Virus record (IMG/VR): IMGVR_UViG_3300032242_000818
Coordinates: 32,001-96,000 of that record
Source of the DNA: a virus
Direction: 5' to 3' (one strand)
DNA: 64,000 nt
Notes under the pieces: generated by a model
The model's database searches: none
What the model was told of the DNA's origin: nothing
What the model saw: only the letters and a program-made list of their open reading frames with translations
Position numbers and translations under genes: made by a program
Shown here: one piece after another, positions 8,862 to 17,166 of the stretch
Layout of the letters: each line of letters opens with the position of its first letter
Position numbering within the stretch: the first letter of the stretch is position 1

Positions 8862-9512
8862 TTATTTCTCCGTAAGTTCATTTACAAAATTCAAAAGTAA
8901 TTGATGGTGCCTCCCATCAGTGTAGTATTTATTTATGTATTGCCATGGTTTCTGAAACCAATATTCAGGTGCTTCAGGATGACAACCAATCAAACCAATT
9001 CTCTCTTGGATGATTGCCATTGGATCACCATTAGCATATTTAGCGATTGTTTTAAATTTTGTTTCATCACCAATCAAAGCACAACCATCATAGAAATACA
9101 TATGTTCTTTTTGGTTCTTCCATGTGACTGGAGCTACAGTTCCGTAGCTCCTTTTTATGTCAGCGTTTGGACGTTTAATATATTGCTCTGTATCTACATA
9201 ATCCAAAATATCAAAGTAGCGACTTCCAGCCCAATAAGCACCCATACATATACCAAGATAGTGACCACCACCTGATATGAACTCGGAGATTTTATTCGCT
9301 CTTCTTCTAGTGAAGAAATTAGAATACGTGTCGCTATCGCCAATCCCACCAGGAAAAGCAATAACATCAAGATTATTGAAAAATTCAGGATCATCTAATT
9401 CATCTTCAGAAAATATTCTTATTTGATAATCAGAAGATAGAGCATGCACCATTGCATATGCACAATCCTTAGAACATTCAGGATGGCGCATAAACAATGC
9501 GAGTTTTTTCAT
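8862..9512 (-). CDS. BPL_N-like class I glutamine amidotransferase-fold protein
   Basis: AFPGG, YLGICMGAY nucleophile elbow, GCHPE; likely start MKKLALF at 9512. Confidence 0.8.
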   Translation of the reverse strand: MKKLALFMRHPECSKDCAYAMVHALSSDYQIRIFSEDELDDPEFFNNLDVIAFPGGIGDSDTYSNFFTRRRANKISEFISGGGHYLGICMGAYWAGSRYFDILDYVDTEQYIKRPNADIKRSYGTVAPVTWKNQKEHMYFYDGCALIGDETKFKTIAKYANGDPMAIIQERIGLIGCHPEAPEYWFQKPWQYINKYYTDGRHHQLLLNFVNELTEK

Positions 9513-9513
9513 A

Positions 9514-9825
9514 TCATACGCTGAAAGAACTGCCGCAGCCGCAAGTAGATTTTGCATTAGGATTACTAATGACAAATTGTGAACCTTTTAGTTTATCTCT
9601 AATAAAATCAATAGTAGCATTATCAAAGTAGGTCATGCTAAGAGCATCAACTACGAGGTTATCAATGACAAAATCATCTTCTTCCTTTTCTTCTTCAATA
9701 GTAAATCCGTAATTGAAACCAGAACATCCCCCACCAGATATAAATGCTCTTACGTATTTTCCATTTGGTTCATCCATAAGGATTTCATCAAGTTGTTTTT
9801 TTGCAGATTCTGTTATTGTAATCAT
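9514..9825 (-). CDS. iscA: A-type Fe-S carrier (IscA/ErpA/HesB)
   Basis: GGGCSGF.Y, NPNAKSTCGCGSSF. Confidence 0.92.
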   Translation of the reverse strand: MITITESAKKQLDEILMDEPNGKYVRAFISGGGCSGFNYGFTIEEEKEEDDFVIDNLVVDALSMTYFDNATIDFIRDKLKGSQFVISNPNAKSTCGCGSSFSV

Positions 9826-10205
9826 GAGCATGCACACTTTAATTGGTAGTCGTGTATCGCTGCCTTAATCGCATCTTCCGCAAGTATAGAGCAGTGAATC
9901 TTAACTGGCGGGAGGGCAAGTTCGTTAGCAATCTCGCTATTTTTAATGTTTCCTGCTTGGTCAAGTGTTTTCCCTTTGACCCATTCAGTAACAAGTGAAC
10001 TCGATGCAATAGCCGAGCCACAACCATACGTTTTGAATTTAGCATCTGTGATAATTCCTTCTTCTACTTTAATTTGAAGTTTCATCACATCACCGCACGC
10101 TGGTGCGCCAACCATTCCAGTACCAACTGATGGATCATCTTTATCTAGAGATCCCACATTGCGTGGATTCTCATAGTGGTCAATAACTTTATCTGAGTAT
10201 GCCAT
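9822..10205 (-). CDS. iscU: Fe-S cluster scaffold IscU
   Basis: YSDKVIDHYENPRNVG, GAPACGD, GCGSAIASSS, LPPVKIHCS. Confidence 0.97.
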   Translation of the reverse strand: MAYSDKVIDHYENPRNVGSLDKDDPSVGTGMVGAPACGDVMKLQIKVEEGIITDAKFKTYGCGSAIASSSLVTEWVKGKTLDQAGNIKNSEIANELALPPVKIHCSILAEDAIKAAIHDYQLKCACS

Positions 10206-10262
10206 TTATTTCTTTGGATGTTTGCCACCGCAAACTGGGCAGCCTTCTTCTGTACTAAACAT
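10206..10262 (-). CDS. 18-aa CxxC micro-peptide
   Basis: MFSTEEGCPVCGGKHPKK exactly fills the gap between the nuclease stop and the iscU ATG. Confidence 0.4.
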   Translation of the reverse strand: MFSTEEGCPVCGGKHPKK

Positions 10263-10263
10263 A

Positions 10264-11085
10264 TTAATCATCCGATGCAGTTGCGCCACATTTAGCGCGT
10301 TTTGCTTTAGTAAGAGCACCAAAGTCTACTGGCCATTCAGCTCCAGGTGCTAATTCTTTTGCGCCAGCTGGGAATGAATATGCAACAGCAGCTTCTGTTT
10401 GAAGCTGAGCAATTGGTTTACGAAATTTAGTTAGATCGTTACCCAAATTAGGATATGGTGCTACGTGAGGGAATTCCCATGCAGCTACTTCTTTGGTTTG
10501 ATTATTGATAACAATTTTGTAAAAACTATGTGGAACAATAACGCCACTGCCGATTTTCTTGTCTTGAGCATTATAAATGCCTCCAGCAATAATTGTAAAA
10601 CTCTGGTTATGCTGAACAGCCCATCCACGCACTGAAGTTTCTAATAACTTCCAGATACCACGATTTAAACTTCCAGCCTGTGGGCTCATATTAGTCATAA
10701 GGAATGATTCAAATTCAACTTGAGTATCCCAAGATAAATCGCCATCAGGACTCATATGACCTTTGTCATATCCAGTACCAGCATAGTCAGCGGGAACTGC
10801 ACCACCTACAACTGATTGGTCTGCAGCAAAAGCGTTGGTGCGAGCAACACATCCTAATGCATTTTGTGGTAACAAAGTATAACTTACATAACGTGGCAGT
10901 TTTGCTGGAGCATCATACCCAACAAGATATGCTTGACGGCAGATTGGTTGAACAGCTGGATTTGCAACTGGCCATCCATAAGGACTATGAGTAGCGCAGT
11001 TGGCTACTGGTTCTGGTGGACGTTGAGTCCATGCTAACGCATTAAGACTTAGGGCACAAAGTGCTATTAGTAAGAGTTTTTTCAC
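10264..11085 (-). CDS. secreted DNA/RNA non-specific endonuclease (NucA/EndoG family)
   Basis: signal peptide KKLLLIALCALSLNALA; GYDKGHM, F.MTNM.PQ..LNRG.W..LE, VP..FYK. Confidence 0.9.
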   Translation of the reverse strand: MKKLLLIALCALSLNALAWTQRPPEPVANCATHSPYGWPVANPAVQPICRQAYLVGYDAPAKLPRYVSYTLLPQNALGCVARTNAFAADQSVVGGAVPADYAGTGYDKGHMSPDGDLSWDTQVEFESFLMTNMSPQAGSLNRGIWKLLETSVRGWAVQHNQSFTIIAGGIYNAQDKKIGSGVIVPHSFYKIVINNQTKEVAAWEFPHVAPYPNLGNDLTKFRKPIAQLQTEAAVAYSFPAGAKELAPGAEWPVDFGALTKAKRAKCGATASDD

Positions 11086-11172
11086 TTGTTTTTCCAATCA
11101 ATTTGTAAGGTAAAAAATAATATTCTAACATAAGATATGCTACCATATCAAAGAAAAAATACGGATCCACCT

Positions 11173-11703
11173 CTATTTAGCCAAAGGATTATCTAGTGCT
11201 CTTTGAATCTTACGATCAACATCACGTTCTAGATTCTTAGCAACTTGCTCGGATTCTTTACGAATTTGTCTAACTTCGTTCTGAACTTCTTTAACTGACT
11301 GATCAGTTTCTCTTGATGTTTGTTTAGATGCACGTTCAACATTCTCAACAACACCTTCTAAACGACGGATATCATTCTTCAAGTCGCCTTTAATATCACG
11401 TGTATAATCGCTAGTCTTTTGGCTGTTCTCTTCAATAACTGCAAGTTTTTTATAAACTTCTGTCAAATCTGGAGAAACATACTTAGAGATTTTAGATTTC
11501 ATATCTTGGTAGTCTTTATATACTTCAAATGCACCATAGAGACCACCTAGTGTTGAAGAAACAATAGTAAAAGCAATCATTAGTTTGGCTGGAGTGAACT
11601 CATATCCACCGATACTAATAACTGTATCTTTACTAGCGTATTTCTTTACACCTGCTTCTAATTCATCGATCTTTGCATCGACACTTTTGATTTCTTCTGA
11701 CAT
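11173..11703 (-). CDS. single-pass membrane coiled-coil protein
   Basis: TM IAFTIVSSTLGGLYGAFEVY, heptad region, ends ALDNPLAK. Confidence 0.7.
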   Translation of the reverse strand: MSEEIKSVDAKIDELEAGVKKYASKDTVISIGGYEFTPAKLMIAFTIVSSTLGGLYGAFEVYKDYQDMKSKISKYVSPDLTEVYKKLAVIEENSQKTSDYTRDIKGDLKNDIRRLEGVVENVERASKQTSRETDQSVKEVQNEVRQIRKESEQVAKNLERDVDRKIQRALDNPLAK

Positions 11704-11704
11704 C

Positions 11705-11872
11705 TTAACTTCCTTTTATTAATTGTTTTATTTCTTGTGGAATTAAATCATTCCAATGTTTTGAACATGTAGCCATGTAACGAATGTTATCACCTGTTTT
11801 AGATAATACTTGTGAATCGTGTTTACAGTTCGGAACTTTACAAATTGGAGCAACAATTACTGCCATTTTCAT
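11705..11872 (-). CDS. small putative Zn-finger protein
   Basis: Hand translation ...PICKVPNC...ATCSKHW (C-x4-C...C-x2-H); ATGA overlap. Confidence 0.55.
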   Translation of the reverse strand: MKMAVIVAPICKVPNCKHDSQVLSKTGDNIRYMATCSKHWNDLIPQEIKQLIKGS

Positions 11873-12645
11873 CTCCCCACATAAACTTGTTTTTGGGATT
11901 CTTTTTGCTGTTGTAATTCAGTTTTTGGTATCCATCCAGTACCATACTGTGGATACTTTCTAATTCTATCTTCTACCACATATGATAATACTAATCCAAC
12001 ACCGCAACAAACTATCAATCCACCTATACCAATTAACATATTAACATGTAGTTGATGTAATTTTTGTTTTCTTCTTTTTTCATCAATCTCATGTTGTTTC
12101 ATTTGTTTTAGGATAAGACCTTTTTGCTGCTTTCCCATAATCTCCATCATCTCTTCAACTTCAGTGTATAGTGCACCAAGTTCAGGTGGACTTTGATATA
12201 CCATAATTTCACGCAACTCAGTGCCCATTTGCTCTAGTTGCTTTCTCATTAAAACTCTTTGTAATGCTCGTTTGCCTAAACTAGCATCACCTGTATAAAC
12301 TTCGTTTTTACTACGCTTTTCTTCTTCTTCAAAGATAGTCATGCACTTATGATAATTATCGTAGTATGTACCAAGATGTTCACCGATCTCAGTATAAATT
12401 CCAGCTGTTTCACCATCACGTTTGTTCAACTCAATAACACGATTCTTTTCTTTTATGAACGCATTATGTTGTTCAACAGTTGGTGGTTTCTCTGGTGGAT
12501 GTAACTTAGCAAATTGCTGATCTAAATCTTTAAGTACATCTTTGACATCTCCAGCTGCGCCTTTGATGTCTTTGTATAGTTTACACCCAGCCTTTACTGC
12601 TGATACTGCACCATTAGCAAGAGCAAATAGTGTTAATGGATCCAT
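11869..12645 (-). CDS. hypothetical protein with C-terminal TM helix
   Basis: MDPLTLFA start, helical body, TM near C-terminus. Confidence 0.7.
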   Translation of the reverse strand: MDPLTLFALANGAVSAVKAGCKLYKDIKGAAGDVKDVLKDLDQQFAKLHPPEKPPTVEQHNAFIKEKNRVIELNKRDGETAGIYTEIGEHLGTYYDNYHKCMTIFEEEEKRSKNEVYTGDASLGKRALQRVLMRKQLEQMGTELREIMVYQSPPELGALYTEVEEMMEIMGKQQKGLILKQMKQHEIDEKRRKQKLHQLHVNMLIGIGGLIVCCGVGLVLSYVVEDRIRKYPQYGTGWIPKTELQQQKESQKQVYVGR

Positions 12646-14333
12646 TATCTACCTTCATATTGTTTCTCCACCATTTCATTGTGAAGTCTATCAGTACCAC
12701 CAAACATTCTTGCTGTGTAACGATTATCAATATTCTTTTGATTGTTATATACTGATACAACAGGATAAAACTGTTGCTGAACTATCATTTGTCTACTGTA
12801 AGCATCAAATCCAGGTGTGAAACCCATTGCTTGAATAACTACATTTTGAACTGCTTTCTGTGCTTCCAAGTCTGATGCTTTACCCATTTCACCAGCAAGA
12901 TTCTTACCTTTTTCTACGGCATCTGCTTTTGCTGCAGCTTCTCTTCTTGCTTGAATTTCTTGTCGAGCTGTTGGTGCTGCTGGTTTATCAGATGATGCTT
13001 GAGCAGTATTAGTATTCGGTGGCGGAGAACTGCCTCCAGTGCCTTTCGGAGCATCATCTTTTCTATCCTCTTGTTTATTACCACCCCTTGGTTCATTTTG
13101 CGACATTTGTTGTGGTGCAGGTGGAGGTGGTGCTAATTGAACAGGTGCTGCTGGCGCAGCAGCAGAGTTAGCAGTTGGTGGGGGTGCGGCAATTGCTTTA
13201 TCAACTGTTGTGCTACCTGTTGCTGAAACACCAGTAGAAACTGTGCCATCAGTATTAACTGTTGTAGTTGCTATATTAGTTGCAACCTTAACTGTAGTTG
13301 GATCATTTGCTTTAGTTGCAGCAGTATTAGACAATGATTGATTTACTACTGTTGAATCAATGCCTGTCACCAAATACTTTATAGCATAAGCAGTGGCGTA
13401 TCCTTTACAGTCTTTACTGAATAAAGAATCTTTGATACATTGATCATCTAAGTACGCTTGCGCATATCCTGGACATGTAGTACTGTATAGGGGATTAACA
13501 GAACACTGATAATTTAAGTAAGCAGTGGCATATCCAGGACAAGTTGGATCAGTCAATGGGTTGATTGTGCACTGTTGAATCTGATAAGCAGCAGCATAAC
13601 CTGGACAGCTTGTATTATAGAGCGGATTTGCTACACATTGCTGAGCCTGATAAGCAGCAGCATAACCTGGACATGATGGGCTTGATAATGGGTCAGATGA
13701 ACATCGATCAAATGTATAATTTAGCGATAAGGATGGATCCTTAACTTGTGGTCCATAATATCCTGCCCAGAAACGAGAATCTTTACCATTAAATGTTAAA
13801 GAGAAATTAGCAATACTTGATACTGCCATTCCATTGTTAGCGAATGTTTCTGTTCCAGAAATATTAGTCCAATCAGTCGTTGTTCCTAGAACCCAACTTT
13901 TTGAATACAGAGAAGTTCCATTGGTACCAGCAAAGTTTACGGCAGCTGTAAGATTACCAGATGTTTGCCCTTGATTCAAATAACTCCATGAGTAGTTATA
14001 ACCAAGAATTGTCATGCCACTGTTTCTTAATGCTTCATTAAATGCATAAGTGTAAGCAGCAGCTGACTGAGTATAACCAAAATATATGGTATTAGTAGTA
14101 GAGTTGTATCCAGGAGTTGAACCACCAGAAAGTCCACCACCAGTTCCAGTATATGGAGTTGTTCCTGTTATATTGCTATACGGAGCACCAACAAGATTTG
14201 GTGACTGCATTGGACCAGTTGGCATTGCTACTGCTGCGCCTGCTGTTGAAGCATTAACAGTCTGTGCTTTGACTGAGCAGGTGCCAAGACCTGCTGCCAA
14301 AATTACGACAGCAAGGACAGAAACCAAATTCAT
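12645..14333 (-). CDS. exported protein with beta-rich domain, five Cys repeats and Pro/Ala-rich linker
   Basis: signal peptide; FWAGYYGP; C..NPL....CPGY repeats. Confidence 0.75.
   Translation of the reverse strand: MNLVSVLAVVILAAGLGTCSVKAQTVNASTAGAAVAMPTGPMQSPNLVGAPYSNITGTTPYTGTGGGLSGGSTPGYNSTTNTIYFGYTQSAAAYTYAFNEALRNSGMTILGYNYSWSYLNQGQTSGNLTAAVNFAGTNGTSLYSKSWVLGTTTDWTNISGTETFANNGMAVSSIANFSLTFNGKDSRFWAGYYGPQVKDPSLSLNYTFDRCSSDPLSSPSCPGYAAAYQAQQCVANPLYNTSCPGYAAAYQIQQCTINPLTDPTCPGYATAYLNYQCSVNPLYSTTCPGYAQAYLDDQCIKDSLFSKDCKGYATAYAIKYLVTGIDSTVVNQSLSNTAATKANDPTTVKVATNIATTTVNTDGTVSTGVSATGSTTVDKAIAAPPPTANSAAAPAAPVQLAPPPPAPQQMSQNEPRGGNKQEDRKDDAPKGTGGSSPPPNTNTAQASSDKPAAPTARQEIQARREAAAKADAVEKGKNLAGEMGKASDLEAQKAVQNVVIQAMGFTPGFDAYSRQMIVQQQFYPVVSVYNNQKNIDNRYTARMFGGTDRLHNEMVEKQYEGR
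13385..13703 (-). repeat. five tandem 66-bp (22-aa) Cys-containing repeats
   Basis: CSSDPLSSPSCPGYAAAYQAQQ / CVANPLYNTSCPGYAAAYQIQQ / CTINPLTDPTCPGYATAYLNYQ / CSVNPLYSTTCPGYAQAYLDDQ / CIKDSLFSKDCKGYATAY. Confidence 0.85.
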
Positions 14334-14336
14334 TGG

Positions 14337-14810
14337 TTATTCCTTGCTCTTAACTTTCTGTGGTTGGCGATCTGGTGCTGCAGCCCAAATCTCTTTGGCA
14401 GACTCACCAATTTTACCATCAACTGGACAAGGAGTTCCTGCATTCATCATTGCTGAGAATACACGTTCGTCTTGACACATAATAGCAACTGCGGCAACTT
14501 TCATACCCATATCGTAAATACCACGAGCAAGTTTTAATCGTTCGCAGTTTTTATCAACCATGGTTGAACCAAAGCTGATACCTAAGATTTGAGTTTGTGC
14601 TGCGCCAGATACACCTACTGCACAAACATCAGAGTTAATAACAGTAACTGCTGGTGCAACAGCAGTTGGGGGTGGGGACTTAACTGTAGTTGTGCTAGTA
14701 GAGTTAGAGTCTGTCGTGCTTCTTGAAGTCGAGTCGGTTACGATGGGATCTGCCATCGCAAGTGATGTAGTCATGACAAAAAGCACCGCTGTAGCGATTC
14801 TTTTGTACAT
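14337..14810 (-). CDS. exported Cys-containing hypothetical protein
   Basis: signal peptide; SPPPTA.AP, D.NCERLKL, GMKVAAVA.MCQD.RV, AGTPCP. Confidence 0.75.
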   Translation of the reverse strand: MYKRIATAVLFVMTTSLAMADPIVTDSTSRSTTDSNSTSTTTVKSPPPTAVAPAVTVINSDVCAVGVSGAAQTQILGISFGSTMVDKNCERLKLARGIYDMGMKVAAVAIMCQDERVFSAMMNAGTPCPVDGKIGESAKEIWAAAPDRQPQKVKSKE

Positions 14811-14825
14811 TTGAATTACCTTTTG

Positions 14826-15383
14826 TTATAGTGTTATAGGAATCCATAACCACAATGCTTGAGACATTAATAATGCAGCAGTAACGCCAACACCAATACT
14901 TGCCCAATACATACGCATATTTACTGCTAAAATTGATGCTGTTAGAAGAACAATTGCGATTTGAAATAACGAACCAGCGTAAGTATAGAAAGGGCTGCGT
15001 GCTTTTGCTTCCGCTCTGCCTGCTTCTAATCCTCGTGCTTTTGCCATCAATTCTTTTTTACCTTCACCAGTAGCTGGATCAGATTCATAACGAGCAATTT
15101 TTGCCTGTAGTTTTTCGGCTTTTACTTTATCGTTACGATACATAGCATCATCTAGAGACTGCTCAGCCAATGTTTGTTTGATTGCTTTTGCTTGGTAAAA
15201 TGCCCAAGTATTATTTGCTTCAATAGTATTATTCAAAATTTTACTAGAGTTTGAACCACCCATTAGTGTGTTGATGGCAAGTAATGCTGCCAAAACGCAG
15301 ATTACTAAACCAGCTTTGTCTTTAATCTGTGCTTCTCTCTCAGAACGAGAAAGAGGTTTTGTTTCTACTTTTACTTCTGCCAT
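14826..15383 (-). CDS. DUF4337-like membrane protein
   Basis: N-terminal TM, WAFYQAK.IK, LFQIAIVL..AS, C-terminal TMs. Confidence 0.75.
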   Translation of the reverse strand: MAEVKVETKPLSRSEREAQIKDKAGLVICVLAALLAINTLMGGSNSSKILNNTIEANNTWAFYQAKAIKQTLAEQSLDDAMYRNDKVKAEKLQAKIARYESDPATGEGKKELMAKARGLEAGRAEAKARSPFYTYAGSLFQIAIVLLTASILAVNMRMYWASIGVGVTAALLMSQALWLWIPITL

Positions 15384-15432
15384 TTTTTGCTACCTTTTTG
15401 CCTAAAAAAATATGTATATTCTATATACGTAT

Positions 15433-16584
15433 CTATTTAGGTTTTTTGTCTTGCAGATCGTCTACTTCTTTTTCGATGGTTTTGACGCCAATGCTTGAAA
15501 ATACTTCTTTTGCTTTGTTCAGAAATGATTGAGTTTTTTCTGGTAGAGTTTCATCACGTTTTTCTAAGCGATTATATAGATTTGGTTCCCAATCCTTGCC
15601 TTCATCAACAGTGATGTTTAATTCCTCGTCAGTAACTTCGGCTGGGGCATACCCAGTAACAGTGTGTTCTATTGGATTTTCTTCTGGTTTAATATTAACA
15701 CGAACTTCTTCCCAAACTGGAACTTCATCTGTTAATTCAACTTTAATTGGTTCAATTATTTCTGTTTGGTTAATTTCATCAGGTACAGGTGGTAACTCAC
15801 CCTCATCAATAAAAACTTCTTTTGGTTCAGTTTCTTCTCGTTCGCGTTTTTGTTGCCAGTTTGCAGCAACTAACAATAAAACTGCCAGTGGATCAAATAC
15901 TAGCACAATCATAATGATAACCCAACGAACTGCTTTTTCTAATACATCAGTTTCTGGGTTATCACCATATAATAATGCTGCAATATATTTTATTGGACCG
16001 ACTTCGGCTTCGACTTTGCGGACTTCGCTGGCGATTGGCGCACGCTCTTCGTTGTACTTGGCGATCTTGGCTTGCGCTTGACCGATTTCGTTGAGGATTC
16101 TGTTACGGTCTTTTTGTTGGCTTCGTCTAATGACAATGGAACGATCGGCTCCACTGGCTTCGGTTGTTCTACTGAGGGTTTGATCAACTTGTGCATCCAG
16201 TTGAGTAAGTTCTTTACGATTTGCATTTATGTTCTCCTTTTCGGTTTTAATCTTCTCATCAATTAATGCCAATTTGGCAGAAACATCACCAGTTGGTATT
16301 GCTTGATCCAAGTGTGCCTTTGATAGATAACCAAAGATACCCATTGAAGTTAACATCATCAAAATAATTAAAGACACAGTAAAATATGATTTCATCAATA
16401 CTGGGACTTCTTTCCAATTGCGATATAACCATGAGGCAACTACTAATTTTGATGCTTCAAGTAGTGATCCCATGATGAAAATAGGAATAGCTGCTGCTGC
16501 GAAAATTGCAACTAATCCCATAATAGAATAATAAGCAGCACAAGCCGACAACGCTAATGCTGTTCCGAATAGTAGATATGTCAT
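15433..16584 (-). CDS. multi-TM coiled-coil membrane protein with acidic tail
   Basis: AAYYSI.GL, LE.SKLV.ASWLY, TSMGIFGYLSKAH, EVGPIKYIA, VFDPLAV. Confidence 0.8.
   Translation of the reverse strand: MTYLLFGTALALSACAAYYSIMGLVAIFAAAAIPIFIMGSLLEASKLVVASWLYRNWKEVPVLMKSYFTVSLIILMMLTSMGIFGYLSKAHLDQAIPTGDVSAKLALIDEKIKTEKENINANRKELTQLDAQVDQTLSRTTEASGADRSIVIRRSQQKDRNRILNEIGQAQAKIAKYNEERAPIASEVRKVEAEVGPIKYIAALLYGDNPETDVLEKAVRWVIIMIVLVFDPLAVLLLVAANWQQKREREETEPKEVFIDEGELPPVPDEINQTEIIEPIKVELTDEVPVWEEVRVNIKPEENPIEHTVTGYAPAEVTDEELNITVDEGKDWEPNLYNRLEKRDETLPEKTQSFLNKAKEVFSSIGVKTIEKEVDDLQDKKPK
15434..15440 (-). promoter_or_regulatory. possible T4-type late promoter (CTAAATA)
   Basis: CCTAAATAG at the stop of the upstream gene, ahead of an intergenic gap. 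Confidence 0.45.
15990..16226 (-). CDS. nested out-of-frame gene, small basic Lys/Ser/Pro-rich protein
   Basis: AAAGGAGAACATAAATG RBS; 78 codons open inside 15433-16584; host gene is GC-shifted over the overlap. Confidence 0.6.
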   Translation of the reverse strand: MQIVKNLLNWMHKLIKPSVEQPKPVEPIVPLSLDEANKKTVTESSTKSVKRKPRSPSTTKSVRQSPAKSAKSKPKSVQ

Positions 16585-17006
16585 AACTTGTTTTTAATAT
16601 GAGAACCATGGACTCGGACAGAAATTTGTCCATTATAATAGTCGTCAGATTCTAATACTTTTCTCCCGAATTGCTCTCGTGCTTCAACATACGAGCACTC
16701 AGCTTTTGATTTACAAAAAAATAAAATCTCTCGAGTAAAATTATCTTTACCCAGAGACTCTATATCTTTATTTAGTTCTAAACTTGAACCATAATATTCT
16801 AGCCAATCAGAGTCTATTTTAGACTTAATCTTCTTTCGTTTCTTAGTTCCGTTCTTTAACTTAACCATTTTATAAGAAGTTTTACTAAACTTGGATAACT
16901 TCTTACCGATATACATGCGACTGTTGGCTTTGTTCGTAATTAAATAAACAAAGCCAACGCAATCTTCAGGCAATTCTTCAACGATTTTATTATTAAATGT
17001 CCACAT
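16581..17006 (-). CDS. GIY-YIG family nuclease-like protein
   Basis: GFVYLITN...MYIGKK, SDW..YYGSS, F.REIL, YYN. Confidence 0.8.
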   Translation of the reverse strand: MWTFNNKIVEELPEDCVGFVYLITNKANSRMYIGKKLSKFSKTSYKMVKLKNGTKKRKKIKSKIDSDWLEYYGSSLELNKDIESLGKDNFTREILFFCKSKAECSYVEAREQFGRKVLESDDYYNGQISVRVHGSHIKNKL

Positions 17007-17016
17007 AGTGGACTAT

Positions 17017-17166
17017 TTATTCTTCTTCGTTAAGTTCCTCTTCTTCATAAATGTCAGCTGAACATAATGGACAGTAAACAATGTCTTCATACTTGAAGTC
17101 ATCACCTTTTACTGTAATCTTACCCTCAGCATCACAAGATAGACATTGAAACTGTTTTACTATCAT
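17017..17166 (-). CDS. small Zn-ribbon protein with acidic tail
   Basis: Hand translation MIVKQFQCLSCDAEGKITVKGDDFKYEDIVYCPLCSADIYEEEELNEEE; ATGA-coupled to nrdB. Confidence 0.7.
   Translation of the reverse strand: MIVKQFQCLSCDAEGKITVKGDDFKYEDIVYCPLCSADIYEEEELNEEE

Noticed and set aside
11042-11170. GTG-initiated 42-aa ORF before the nuclease
   Set aside because: Overlaps the nuclease signal-peptide codons and has no motif; uncertain
12914-13096. Alternative-frame ORF in the Cys-repeat gene with a GAGGA upstream of an internal ATG
   Set aside because: Short and in a low-complexity region; insufficient evidence without orthologs
13385-13703. Tandem repeats as a CRISPR array or DGR template
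   Set aside because: In-frame degenerate protein repeats; no unique spacers, cas genes or reverse transcriptase
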